Source of the DNA: Nitrososphaerales archaeon
GTDB taxonomy: Archaea > Thermoproteota > Nitrososphaeria > Nitrososphaerales > Gagatemarchaeaceae
Assembly (NCBI GenBank): GCA_030039515.1
Contig: JASHVT010000078.1
Location: 1 to 25,576, forward strand
Reading direction: 5' to 3'
Length of the DNA: 25,576 nt
Part shown: one piece after another, positions 1-8,828 of the stretch
Layout of the letters: each line of letters opens with the position of its first letter
Numbering within the stretch: the first letter of the stretch is position 1
The notes under the pieces: model-generated
Told to the model about the DNA's origin: nothing
Database searches by the model: none
The model's input: the letters and a program-made list of their open reading frames with translations, nothing else
Position numbers and translations under genes: made by a program

Positions 1-45
1 TACAGGTGCGTCAAGTGCAACCACACCTGGCGTAGCTACTCTTAG
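1..45 (+). CDS. tfs: Transcription factor S (TFS/RpoM) C-terminal Zn ribbon, partial
   Basis: Frame 1 reads YRCVKCNHTWRSYS*, the typical TFS/RpoM C-terminus. It is truncated by the window edge. Confidence 0.85.
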   Translation, partial: YRCVKCNHTWRSYS

Positions 46-599
46 GTCCCGTCCCTGATCCTGACTTCGACTGCGCTGCCTCCGGAAATCAGGATGCCGA
101 CGTTTGCTGCCGGTATCGACGCGACGTCGTCGACTTCGAAGGGCCCATACCTCTTCAGGTCGAGGCCCACCAGCTCGTCCACATGCTTTGTGAACCTTAC
201 AACGAGGTTCCTGCGTGACTCCTCCCTGTTCGCGTATTGGATGAACGAGGGCCGGCCGGTAGCGAGGGCGTCCAGGAAAGCCTCAAGGCGGGCGCCGTAT
301 TCGTGGCGCACAGACGCCACATATCTCTCCTCCGGCAGGAGACGGAAGAAGGTCTCTTGCTCGGCCGCCTTTCCCATTCGCAGGACGAGCAGGTCCCGCG
401 TCATCGTCTCCACCAGCTTGGTCTGGACGAGGACCAGACGCTGGGTCACCTCCGAAGCGCCGGTGCCTGCTGACCTCTTCAGCTTCTGACAATAAGAGGC
501 AAGGCCGGAATAGAAGTCGCTCGGGATGGGGAGCAGGAGCGGGGAGGCGGACTCCAGGTCTAGCAGCTGCCTGACTCGCTCGAGCGTGAGCTCGGCCAA
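42..599 (-). CDS. gins51: DNA replication GINS subunit (Gins51/Gins15 type)
   Basis: It has a helical A domain and a C-terminal B domain (VRFTKHVDELVGLDLKRYGPFEVDDVASIPAANVGILISGGSAVEV), and lies directly downstream of priS as in the conserved PCNA-priS-gins cluster. TTG start. Confidence 0.85.
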   Translation of the reverse strand: MAELTLERVRQLLDLESASPLLLPIPSDFYSGLASYCQKLKRSAGTGASEVTQRLVLVQTKLVETMTRDLLVLRMGKAAEQETFFRLLPEERYVASVRHEYGARLEAFLDALATGRPSFIQYANREESRRNLVVRFTKHVDELVGLDLKRYGPFEVDDVASIPAANVGILISGGSAVEVRIRDGT

Positions 600-600
600 T

Positions 601-1689
601 TCAGGCTACCTCTCCCATACCGCGTGTTAAAATGCGAACGGCCGCAAACGTCGGCAGAGTCGTCGGCTCTGACCTGTATGGACCGAACCTTTCTCCCCGC
701 GCTTCAAAGGAAGGGTAGAAGCTCACGTTGACTGTCACAGGCTTGGAGCTCAGGACTACCGGGTCAGAGAAAGGGTCGAACGAGTCGAATGACTTGACGC
801 GCATCTTGGCCATCCCGGTGTCCCCATGAAGCGTGCCGGCGAGCCTGAACACCCTATGGACGTCCGTGGTCACAGAAGAGTCGACCAGAGCTTTCTGGGC
901 GGCTATCCCCTCCGAGACGAGTTTCCTTAGCGTCCCTGTATAGTCTGGCATTCGCGCGTCGACGTAGTCAACGATGCGTCGTGTCCAGCCGTCTCCCATG
1001 GGCCCTGAGTTCGGAGGCCTCCTTCTGAGCGTAGACGCGATAGTCTGGTTTGGCGGCAAGGAGTCGCCGCGGAGATAGCCTGCGACTTCTCCACGCGCTG
1101 GGGAGTCGAGCGGCTCGAACCTCGCATCGTCGACATGAAGATGATATCCTCTGTTTCCAGAGAAGTAGATCCTGACCGAACCAGACGCGATGCCGAAGTC
1201 GTTGGTCATGAAGTCCAGGACTCTCAGTGCGTGATCCTTGGCCGCGCCAAGGCACTCTCTGCAGGTTCCGTGAAAATCGGTTGTGGCTGATCCGCACTTG
1301 GGGCACTTTGGCTGGCGGGGCAGCCTGCCAGAAGCGTGGCAGGTCTCGCAGTACCAGAGGTCGTGGGTCCTCTTGCATTGGGTAGGGATGTCCGTCGCGT
1401 CGATGTCGAATATCAGCTCTGCGCCTAACCAGCCCTTCTCTTCCATCGGCCTTGCAGGATGCTCGTACCTCGCATTGGAACAGTAGACCGAGGAGGGTGA
1501 CTGCTTCAGAAGCTCCGCGAGGGCTTCGCCTTCCTCTTTGAAAGAGAGGTGCCTGACCATTCCGCCTGCAAAGGGCATGTATCCGAACTCTCTGGACTGG
1601 ACAGCCGCTGGAAACTCAATCCAATCCGAGTGCCTGAAGTAGTATTCCTTGTAGGCCGACTTCAGGAAGGCCTTCGTGCCATCGTTCAA
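601..1689 (-). CDS. priS: DNA primase catalytic (small) subunit
   Basis: It contains REFGY, VYCSNARY, the catalytic ELIFDID and YFSGNRGYHLHV motifs, DVHRVFRLAGTLH and a GINS-B-like C-terminal domain. The ORF is open to 1755, but TTG 1689 (MNDGTKAFLKSAYKEYY) is the more likely start. Confidence 0.95.
   Translation of the reverse strand: MNDGTKAFLKSAYKEYYFRHSDWIEFPAAVQSREFGYMPFAGGMVRHLSFKEEGEALAELLKQSPSSVYCSNARYEHPARPMEEKGWLGAELIFDIDATDIPTQCKRTHDLWYCETCHASGRLPRQPKCPKCGSATTDFHGTCRECLGAAKDHALRVLDFMTNDFGIASGSVRIYFSGNRGYHLHVDDARFEPLDSPARGEVAGYLRGDSLPPNQTIASTLRRRPPNSGPMGDGWTRRIVDYVDARMPDYTGTLRKLVSEGIAAQKALVDSSVTTDVHRVFRLAGTLHGDTGMAKMRVKSFDSFDPFSDPVVLSSKPVTVNVSFYPSFEARGERFGPYRSEPTTLPTFAAVRILTRGMGEVA
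626..633 (-). promoter_or_regulatory. Probable TATA box for gins51, inside the priS 3' end
   Basis: ATTTTAAC on the minus strand, 27-34 nt upstream of the gins TTG, formed by AT-rich codons (ATT TTA ACA) in a GC-rich gene. Confidence 0.45.
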
Positions 1690-1804
1690 GAGGCGTCGTT
1701 CCAGCCAGACAGCCAGATAAGCAGTCTGGATGTGCCGCTTGCTGATTATATCCAACCTCCGACTTCAACGGCATGGCTGCCGGCTTCCCACGGTCGGTGG
1801 TTCG

Positions 1805-2458
1805 ATGAGGGTGCCACTAGAGAGATACCTGGACGGCACGGCGGCGAGGGTACATTCGTACGTCGTAGCCGTTCCTTTCTCCCCAATAGACCTGGACCTC
1901 GGCAGGCTCGTCAGGGGGGAATGGAACGCATCCTCTGATAGGTTTCGCCTGTGGCATATGCCAGGCGACGGTCGCAGCGGCCTCCCTCAACTCTGCTATG
2001 TGATCGTCAGGAAATTCGACTCTCGTGCTGGCGTCATGACCTTTCTTCACATCGTGGTGAACTTGGACGTGCAGGAAGGCGGCGACCAGGGACAGAGCTT
2101 CACGATAGGAGTTCTGAGCAATGACGACGCGAGGTCTAGGGCGGCTCTTGGGGCCGTCATAGGGGTTCCTCCGGCATTCCATATGCGGAGCGAGCTTCGC
2201 GTGATAGAACGAAGATGGAGGACGGATGCCAGCGCGGTGCTCCGCTTCGCAGCGAACGCTCAGTCTGCCGTGTCGAAGCCTGGCTCCGGTGAGATGGGGT
2301 TCAACATAACACTGGAACTGGAGCCAGGGATCGTGGATGAGCTAAGGAGGAACATGGGCGCTTGGTGGCCGACCGTCAAGCCGAGGCGCACTGTTTCTAA
2401 TCGCTCACACGTGGAGCAAGGAAGTAGTGAGCTCTCGCCCCCTGCTCGTTCAGCTTGA
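1805..2458 (+). CDS. Hypothetical protein (217 aa), divergent from priS
   Basis: It is the only long ORF between priS and PCNA and has genome-typical codons. ATG 1805 has an SD-like GGTGG at 1796-1800. The 3' end overlaps the PCNA 3' end by 62 nt. I recognise no family. Confidence 0.6.
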   Translation: MRVPLERYLDGTAARVHSYVVAVPFSPIDLDLGRLVRGEWNASSDRFRLWHMPGDGRSGLPQLCYVIVRKFDSRAGVMTFLHIVVNLDVQEGGDQGQSFTIGVLSNDDARSRAALGAVIGVPPAFHMRSELRVIERRWRTDASAVLRFAANAQSAVSKPGSGEMGFNITLELEPGIVDELRRNMGAWWPTVKPRRTVSNRSHVEQGSSELSPPARSA

Positions 2459-3149
2459 ACTCAAGGCGTATCGGCTTCTTCGTGGAGAACTCGGCGAGCA
2501 GCGTATCTGAGACCCCGCCCATGGCCTTCGTGATGCTGATTAGATAATCGATGGAATACGTCGCTTTCCCTTCGGCGCCGACCTGTAAGTCCAACACGTC
2601 GGCATCGTTCTTCTCAAGCTGAATCGACGCCTGTCCGATGTCTGACTTGCCCGAGAAGGAGAGCTTCTCCTTGCTGGCCTGGATCGTCACCTGGTCCGCC
2701 ACGACAGAGATGTCGCTCAGTACCTTCTCGAATATCGTCTTGGTCAGTGTAGCCTTGACGTCGAACTCGAGCTTCGGCAGGGGCGCGGCCCCGCTCGTGC
2801 TCTCTAGGAGGTGGACCGTGAACTCGCGTTTGTAGCCGTTCACTAGCCTCATCATTATCGAGTCCTCAGCGGTGGAGGTTATCTCCACGCTGTCCTTCGT
2901 CTCTGACCTCCCGATGAGCTTCACAAGGTCTTCCACCCTCAAGCTGAACTTGAAGGGCTTGTCACATTCATATTTCTCGAAGGCCACCACCGGCCATGAG
3001 AGGTCCACAAGAGCGACGTGGGAGGGGTCCATCGCCCTGAAGGAGAGCCCTTCGCCGCTTGCTTCGAAGGTCGCCTCTTCTACGAGCGTCTTCACAGCGG
3101 CAGCGACTGCCTTCCACTCGGAACTCGAGTTGGTCTTGGCGAAGAACAA
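2397..3149 (-). CDS. pcn: PCNA sliding clamp
   Basis: Contains LVEEATF, AMDPSHVALVDL, YSIDYL and a C-terminal YFLAPRV. It is 250 aa from TTG 3149, with an alternative GTG start at 3161. Confidence 0.97.
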   Translation of the reverse strand: MFFAKTNSSSEWKAVAAAVKTLVEEATFEASGEGLSFRAMDPSHVALVDLSWPVVAFEKYECDKPFKFSLRVEDLVKLIGRSETKDSVEITSTAEDSIMMRLVNGYKREFTVHLLESTSGAAPLPKLEFDVKATLTKTIFEKVLSDISVVADQVTIQASKEKLSFSGKSDIGQASIQLEKNDADVLDLQVGAEGKATYSIDYLISITKAMGGVSDTLLAEFSTKKPIRLEFKLNEQGARAHYFLAPRVSD

Positions 3150-3170
3150 CGTCTCAGGCACGACTGATGT

Positions 3171-3183
3171 TGGTAATTAACCA
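3171..3183 (-). promoter_or_regulatory. Probable PCNA TATA box within a near-palindrome
   Basis: TGGT-AATTA-ACCA, with the AT core centred about 28 nt upstream of TTG 3149. Confidence 0.55.
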
Positions 3184-3270
3184 TATTGAGACGGCACTCG
3201 ACGAGAAGGAAACGGCGGTGCGAAATTGAGTCCTCGGTCCGGACGTCGCATAGGTAAAGCGCGGACCAAG

Positions 3271-3278
3271 CTTAAATC
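3271..3278 (+). promoter_or_regulatory. Probable TATA box of the rpl44e operon
   Basis: CTTAAATC lies about 40 nt upstream of the rpl44e start. The same 8-mer recurs at 25551. Confidence 0.55.
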
Positions 3279-3313
3279 CAAGACGGGAAGCGGGGAGTTT
3301 TCCTGGCGAGAAA

Positions 3314-3592
3314 TTGAAGTTCCCTAAGGAGATGCGCACGAACTGCCCATGGTGCGGGCACCACACCTTGCACTCTGTGTCTCTCTACAAGAGAGGGAAG
3401 GAGCGCGCAGGTTCCTGGGGAGCCAGACGACAGGCGGGAAGGAAGAGGGGCTATGGTGGCCAGAAGTTTCCCGAACTGATCAGGACGGCGAAGACCACGA
3501 AAAAGGCTACCCTGAGACTGAAGTGCAAGGAATGCAACAGAGAGGTCATGAGAGACGGCATCAGGCTCAGAAAGGCGGAGATTGCGTCTTGA
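3314..3592 (+). CDS. rpl44e: 50S ribosomal protein L44e (eL42)
   Basis: Contains MKFPKEMRTNCPWCGHHT, GYGGQKFP, AKTTKK and LKCKEC. Confidence 0.97.
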   Translation: MKFPKEMRTNCPWCGHHTLHSVSLYKRGKERAGSWGARRQAGRKRGYGGQKFPELIRTAKTTKKATLRLKCKECNREVMRDGIRLRKAEIAS

Positions 3593-3786
3593 AGCGCGAA
3601 AGGGAGCCGATCCCGAAGATGAAGAGCGAGTTCCTTCTCGTAAAGTGTCCTGATTGCGGGGAGGAGAGAATCGTGTTCTCCAACTCCTCCAAGGACATCG
3701 GGTGCGTGGGCTGCGGCAGGAAGCTGGCGGAGAGTACCGGAGGCAGGTCCGTCATCCTGGCCAGCATCGTGAAGAAGCTGGGCTGA
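3589..3786 (+). CDS. rps27e: 30S ribosomal protein S27e
   Basis: Reads MKREREPIPKMKSEFLLVKCPDCGEERIVFS...CVGCGRKLAESTGG. Its TTG start overlaps the rpl44e stop (TTGA). Confidence 0.95.
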   Translation: MKREREPIPKMKSEFLLVKCPDCGEERIVFSNSSKDIGCVGCGRKLAESTGGRSVILASIVKKLG

Positions 3787-3823
3787 GAAACGCCTAAAAC
3801 CGCCCAAAAGCGCTGAAGTCTGG

Positions 3824-4627
3824 TTGAGCTCAGAAAGACCGCTGCCGGACGCGGGCGAAGTCGTCATCTGCACCGTGAGAGAGATAACCTCGCATGGTAT
3901 CTATGTCAGCCTTGACCAATATCAAGGTACGAACGGATTCCTGCATGTCTCAGAGATCTCTACAGGCTGGGTCAGGAACATTGACAGAGTCGCCAAGGTC
4001 TCTCAGAAGATCGTGCTGAAGGTCATCAGGGTCAACAGGAATCGGCGGGAAATCGACCTCTCTCTCAGACAGGTCACAAACGAAGAGAGGCGCGCCAAGG
4101 TCATTGAGTGGAAGAGGGAAGAAAGAGCCGTCGCCATCATCGATGCGATCAGGGCGGCGCTCAGCCTTGACGAGCCGAGCGTCAGGGACCTCAAGGCGAA
4201 GCTCGAAGAAGAGTTCGGCACGCTCTACGAAGCCCTTGAGACGTCGGCGAAGAGGGGAGAGAAGGCTCTTGCCCCCCTTGGACTGCAGGAAGGAGTGGCC
4301 AAGAAGGTCGCAGAAGTCGCTTCAGAGAAGATAATCCCCCCGAGGTACGAGGTCGGCGCACTGGTGGAGGTCTCTTCCAAGTCGCCTGACGGCATCGAGA
4401 GGGTCAAGAAGACTCTTGTCTCGGCCTCGAGCGCTTCCCCTGGAACGGAGATCCGAATCACGTATGCGGGAGCACCGCGGTACAGGGTCCGCATCACCGC
4501 CGACGACTACAAGCACGCGGAGAAGGCGCTTGATATGGTCCTGGAGAAGATCAAGGGCGGCGTCGGCAAGCATGACACCTTTAGCTTCAAGCGCGAGATC
4601 TCTAGGAAGTACGGCGGGGCTTCATGA
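3824..4627 (+). CDS. eif2a: Translation initiation factor aIF2 alpha subunit
   Basis: It has an N-terminal S1 domain (GFLHVSEISTGWVRNI) and a C-terminal YAGAPRYRV motif, in the canonical position after rps27e. Confidence 0.97.
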   Translation: MSSERPLPDAGEVVICTVREITSHGIYVSLDQYQGTNGFLHVSEISTGWVRNIDRVAKVSQKIVLKVIRVNRNRREIDLSLRQVTNEERRAKVIEWKREERAVAIIDAIRAALSLDEPSVRDLKAKLEEEFGTLYEALETSAKRGEKALAPLGLQEGVAKKVAEVASEKIIPPRYEVGALVEVSSKSPDGIERVKKTLVSASSASPGTEIRITYAGAPRYRVRITADDYKHAEKALDMVLEKIKGGVGKHDTFSFKREISRKYGGAS

Positions 4628-4800
4628 AGAGCCTCATGGTGAAGTGCGTAGTGTGCGGGACCTACACCTTGTCAGAGAAGTGTCCTAGGTGTGGTGCTCA
4701 CACCGCCACCGTACATCCCGCGAGGTACTCTCCTGACGACAGGTACGCCAGGTACCGCAGCCCCATGGCCTACGTCAAGTCACCTGGTACACAAGAATAG
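4624..4800 (+). CDS. nop10: H/ACA RNP protein Nop10 (58 aa)
   Basis: Reads MKSLMVKCVVCGTYTLSEKCPRCGAHTATVHPARYSPDDRYARYR..., with an ATGA overlap with aIF2alpha. It is absent from the ORF track. Confidence 0.95.
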   Translation: MKSLMVKCVVCGTYTLSEKCPRCGAHTATVHPARYSPDDRYARYRSPMAYVKSPGTQE

Positions 4801-7177
4801 CGTTAAAGCACCAGAGGTTTGAGTTGCCCGGGCAGTCAGGCATAGTCGCCCCTGGCACCGTCGACAGCGACGTACCACCGTCTGAGAGCGCGCCCAGGCT
4901 GCTGCTCGCATAAGCAAGTCTGAACGGTCCTGTCGTGTCGTTGGCGGGGAACCTATAGCCCTCTGTGAACCCTTCGAAGGGAGGCTCTCCGTTGGAGTTG
5001 GTCGAGTATGTGGACGACGTGGTGATCGAACCCGTGCTTGTGGTAGGCAGGTTCAGGTATGTGCTGAACTGGAACGGGAAGAGCGCCGCGAACAGCGAGT
5101 TGTTCAGGGCGTAGGGCGTGAGGTTGAACCCATCTGGTTCGATGTATTGTGCCTCGGGCAACCCGCCTATGAGAGTGAACCACTGCTTCTTGCTCTCGTC
5201 GCCGCCGCCAGGCGAGAATCCTCCTCCGCTCGGGACTTGGAGGATGTAGTAGTCCTTTGAAAGGCCCGTCACTGATTCTGGCAGCACGCTGCCTGTGAGG
5301 AATATCGCCACGTAGACCGGCCTGGTGCAGTTGCAGTTCGGGTCGTAAGCTATCTCTTGGGCTTCTTTTGCGGCCTGGGTGACGTTTCCCATCAGCAGGG
5401 CGCCTATCTGTGCGATTCTCGTCCCGTTGATTGTCGCGTTGTCTATCACAGTGGTCCTGTTGCCCATCACAGCAATCCAGTATCCATAGTCCCACCACGA
5501 TATGATAATGGAGTTCGCCGGCGTGTCCTGACTGATCCAGTTCAGAGTCTGTGTCCAGTCGGCGATCGAGTCCCTCGAATAGATGGTCGCTCCGTTGGCG
5601 ACGCTCACAGCACTGTCTGCCGGGCTTTGGTCGCAGAACACCTGTCCCGAAGAGGTGCAAGGGATGGGGTTGGGTATCCAGTATGTCCCTGCAGGTATGA
5701 CTATGAGAGCGATGATCGCCACTGAGAAGACCACCTTCATTTCGTTTCGCGAGGCTGCAGCCATCACCTTCTTCTTGACCAGCGGCGTGGTCCCGGGCTT
5801 GGCCAGGGTGAATAGCAGCTCGGCGAATCCGATGCCGCCGAGTATCCCGAGCGATATCGAAGAATAGACCAGAAGACGTGAGTATGCCGCGGAGAAATAG
5901 ATCCCGGTCAGACCGAAGATGAGGGCGTAGACCATTGGGATGCTCCTGCGCCTGAATGCGAGCAGAGCCCCCGCCATGCCGAAGAAGAGCAGCACGGCGT
6001 ATGCTGTGAAGTAGTCGCTCCCCGCCGGGACAGATTCCTCGGCGACTGACTCTGCAAGCGGGTTGTTAGAACGGACCCATGGCGCCAAGACAGAGAGGTA
6101 TCGTTCAGTGATGCCTCCGACTAACCCGAAACTGAGTAGCGCCAAACCTCCTATAACGAATGCGAAGAAGAACTTCAGCAGGACTCCCCTGTATTCGGAT
6201 GGCTTGGCCCAGGTCTTTGCCCACTGTGCCAACAGTGCGAACACGGTCCCTCCTATGAGAGCCAACCCTACGGGATCTGTGATTATGTGGACTCCGGGCC
6301 TTGGAAAGATTGCGCTGAGGAAGAGGTCGCCTGCGGTGAAGGAGACCATGGCCGGAGTGAACGCATCGATGTCAAGGTTCAGGAAGGGAATGGCTATGAA
6401 CAGAAGTCCGAACGCGGCGCTGAAGTAGTCGCCACCGCCCCACGCCAGGTTGGCATACCCAGAAAGGAGCCCGGCAGCGAGCGCCCTCAATAGTCTGCTT
6501 TGTAATGACCTCTCCTTGTCGAAGACTGTGAGCATCAGGTAGCTGGCCGCGACGAATAGCATGATTGCCATTGGTTCCGACTTGAACCACCCGAGGTTGC
6601 CCCTCTCAATCAGAGGGGGGGAGACCGCGAAAACGAGGGCCGCGAACAGACCCGCGGCGTCACCCCCGATCTTTCTTACCAGGAAGTAGAACAAGACGCA
6701 TGTAATCGAGCCGAAGAACACAGGCAGGAGGACCAGCAAGTCGTAGAGCGTTATCTGAACCCCGAACACGTTGTGAACGAGGAGGAAGATCAGGGCGCCT
6801 CCGACCTGCAGGCCGTCTTGTGACGTTGCGGCCACGTTCCTGCCGTAGGGGTACCATGTCTGCACATCGTGCCAGTAGAAGTAGCCGGTCTGCGCATGGC
6901 ATGCCGGAGAAAGCATCTGCGCCGTGCACGTCGCCGTGTTGTTGTTGAACAGCGCATACCAGAGACCGTGCTGCTGCGCCAGAGCGACGATATGGGACGC
7001 GGCATAGTAGTCGTAGTAGGGGTCGAATTCGCCGAGGTAGAAGCCGTACTTTGCGGCATAGGCCCTTATCGTCACGGCGATGGTGAATACGATCGAAAGC
7101 ACCATCGTCGTCATTACCGCCCTGCGAGAAATCGTAGGCCTCCTCAAGAGGGAGCGCAGAGGGTCCAGTCGGGCCAA
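4775..7177 (-). CDS. aglB: Oligosaccharyltransferase AglB (STT3 family)
   Basis: It has a multi-TM N-terminal part with EFDPYY, GWFKSEP and VAEE motifs, WWDYG at 5483-5497, and a DESK (DK motif). Confidence 0.97.
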   Translation of the reverse strand: MARLDPLRSLLRRPTISRRAVMTTMVLSIVFTIAVTIRAYAAKYGFYLGEFDPYYDYYAASHIVALAQQHGLWYALFNNNTATCTAQMLSPACHAQTGYFYWHDVQTWYPYGRNVAATSQDGLQVGGALIFLLVHNVFGVQITLYDLLVLLPVFFGSITCVLFYFLVRKIGGDAAGLFAALVFAVSPPLIERGNLGWFKSEPMAIMLFVAASYLMLTVFDKERSLQSRLLRALAAGLLSGYANLAWGGGDYFSAAFGLLFIAIPFLNLDIDAFTPAMVSFTAGDLFLSAIFPRPGVHIITDPVGLALIGGTVFALLAQWAKTWAKPSEYRGVLLKFFFAFVIGGLALLSFGLVGGITERYLSVLAPWVRSNNPLAESVAEESVPAGSDYFTAYAVLLFFGMAGALLAFRRRSIPMVYALIFGLTGIYFSAAYSRLLVYSSISLGILGGIGFAELLFTLAKPGTTPLVKKKVMAAASRNEMKVVFSVAIIALIVIPAGTYWIPNPIPCTSSGQVFCDQSPADSAVSVANGATIYSRDSIADWTQTLNWISQDTPANSIIISWWDYGYWIAVMGNRTTVIDNATINGTRIAQIGALLMGNVTQAAKEAQEIAYDPNCNCTRPVYVAIFLTGSVLPESVTGLSKDYYILQVPSGGGFSPGGGDESKKQWFTLIGGLPEAQYIEPDGFNLTPYALNNSLFAALFPFQFSTYLNLPTTSTGSITTSSTYSTNSNGEPPFEGFTEGYRFPANDTTGPFRLAYASSSLGALSDGGTSLSTVPGATMPDCPGNSNLWCFNAILVYQVT

Positions 7178-7204
7178 GTCTTGGTCTTATGCTCTTAATG
7201 ACCG

Positions 7205-7211
7205 TTTTAAG
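7205..7211 (-). promoter_or_regulatory. Probable aglB TATA box
   Basis: CTTAAAA on the minus strand, 28-34 nt upstream of TTG 7177. Confidence 0.55.
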
Positions 7212-7216
7212 GGTGA

Positions 7217-7630
7217 CTATTGGCTCTTGAGCAGCGCTTCCAAATGCGAGGAGTAGGCCTTGGCGCCGAGGAGTCCTCCCTGCTCCGAGTCGAAATCGGG
7301 AGCCTTCACCTCCAGGATCCAGCCGTCGTCGTAGGGTGACTTGTTGACGAGTTCGGGGTGGGACTCCAGTCCGGAGTTGACCCTGACTATCGTCCCTGAA
7401 ACTGGAGAGTAAAGCTCCGAGACTGCCTTGATTGACTCCACTGTTCCCATGGTCTTGAACTGGAGAACCTTTTCATTCACTTTGGGAAGCGTGACGTATA
7501 CGACGTCATTGAGGGTCTTGGCAGCGTAGTCTGTTATTCCCACCCTTATGGCGGGGCCCTGCCTTCTCGCCCACTCGTGCTCCTTCGTGTAGAAGAGGTC
7601 GTCGGGAATGTCGAAGCCTTGCAGTTTCAA
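7217..7630 (-). CDS. gcvH: Glycine cleavage system H protein
   Basis: Contains YTKEHEW, VGITDYA and the lipoyl-Lys motif VESIKAVSELYSPVSG, and is adjacent to gcvT. Confidence 0.97.
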   Translation of the reverse strand: MKLQGFDIPDDLFYTKEHEWARRQGPAIRVGITDYAAKTLNDVVYVTLPKVNEKVLQFKTMGTVESIKAVSELYSPVSGTIVRVNSGLESHPELVNKSPYDDGWILEVKAPDFDSEQGGLLGAKAYSSHLEALLKSQ

Positions 7631-7654
7631 CGGAAGGCGTGCCCTTTCGGGAGG

Positions 7655-8773
7655 CTAATTACCCTTGCTAAGACGCCTCCATCCGTAAAGCTTCTCGTCA
7701 TAGAATGGAGTCTTGACCACCAGGGCCTTCTGGGCCTCGTCCCTGATGTCGACAGTGACCTTGGTTCCCGCGTTGGAGTCGCGAACGTCGATCCTGCAAA
7801 GCGCTATTCCCTTCTCGATTATGGGCGAGTAGGTGCCGCTCGTTACGACTCCGGCGCGGCCGCTGTCGTCCTTCACTTCGAATCCATGGCGCGGGATGCC
7901 CCTGTCCACCACGAGTCCTTTACGAACTGACCCGGGGATCAGGGGCTTCAACTCCGCGATCCTGCCAGAGCCGACATATCCTGTCTTCCCAGACGAAATG
8001 ACCCAAGACAGGTCAGCTTGGAATGGATTGGTGTCTTGGTCGATGTCAGAGCCGTGGAGCGGGAAGCCAGCCTCGAGCCTTAGCGAGTCTCGCGCCCCCA
8101 GCCCGCATGGCCTCGAGGTCTCGGACAACTTCTCCCAGACTTCGAGACCTCGCGCGGGATCGTCGTTGGTGGGCCCGAGGATCACTATCTCGAAGCCATC
8201 CTCGCCCGTATAGCCCGTCCGCGATATCAATGCATGGTTCCCCATGGCGTCCGCTTCCGAGCACCTGAACCGCTTGAGTCCTTTCAGATCTACGTCGACC
8301 AGCGGCTGCAAGGAGTTCGCCGAGTCAGGTCCTTGGACAGCTATCATCACGGACGAAGCCGTGATGTCATTCATCTCCACTCCGGAGCCAGGCATATGCT
8401 CCGTCATATGGGCGATGTCTTTCTGTGCGTTCGCGGCGTTAACCACGACCATGTATCTTGACTCTCCAGTCCTCATTACTATCAGGTCGTCGATGATTCC
8501 GGCGCCGTCGTCGAGGAGGAGTGTGTAGAAAGCCTTGCCGATGGTCTGTTGCGACACCTGAGTAGGGAGGAGGCCCTCCAGGAACTCGGTGCTCCTTTCG
8601 CCCGAGACTTCGAGCCGTCCCATATGCGATACATCGAATATCCCCGAGCCGTTGCGCACCGTGATGTGCTCTTCTTTTGTCGTCGTGTACCAGAGAGGCA
8701 TGTCGTATCCTGCGAACTCCGTCATCTTCGCGTGCTCGGAGTGGTAGGCGTGGAGCTGCGTCGTCTTCAGCAA
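7655..8773 (-). CDS. gcvT: Glycine cleavage system T protein (aminomethyltransferase)
   Basis: Contains FAGYDMPLWY, FDVSHMGR, SRTGYTGEDGFE and GLGARDSLRLEAG. The ORF is open to ATG 8794, but TTG 8773 (MLKTTQL) fits the promoter spacing better. Confidence 0.97.
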   Translation of the reverse strand: MLKTTQLHAYHSEHAKMTEFAGYDMPLWYTTTKEEHITVRNGSGIFDVSHMGRLEVSGERSTEFLEGLLPTQVSQQTIGKAFYTLLLDDGAGIIDDLIVMRTGESRYMVVVNAANAQKDIAHMTEHMPGSGVEMNDITASSVMIAVQGPDSANSLQPLVDVDLKGLKRFRCSEADAMGNHALISRTGYTGEDGFEIVILGPTNDDPARGLEVWEKLSETSRPCGLGARDSLRLEAGFPLHGSDIDQDTNPFQADLSWVISSGKTGYVGSGRIAELKPLIPGSVRKGLVVDRGIPRHGFEVKDDSGRAGVVTSGTYSPIIEKGIALCRIDVRDSNAGTKVTVDIRDEAQKALVVKTPFYDEKLYGWRRLSKGN

Positions 8774-8798
8774 GTCAGACCTTGGGGTCCGCATACGC

Positions 8799-8805
8799 CT
8801 TTAAG
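8799..8805. promoter_or_regulatory. TATA box between the divergent gcvT and Zn-ribbon genes
   Basis: CTTTAAG is the only AT-rich patch in the 55-nt spacer and is roughly equidistant from TTG 8773 (-) and TTG 8829 (+). Confidence 0.55.
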
Positions 8806-8828
8806 CCTGCCTAGAGCCAGCATCGGGG

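Noticed and set aside
7217-8794. gcvT and gcvH present without gcvP or lpd
   Set aside because: P and L genes are often encoded elsewhere, and absence from a 25-kb window is uninformative.
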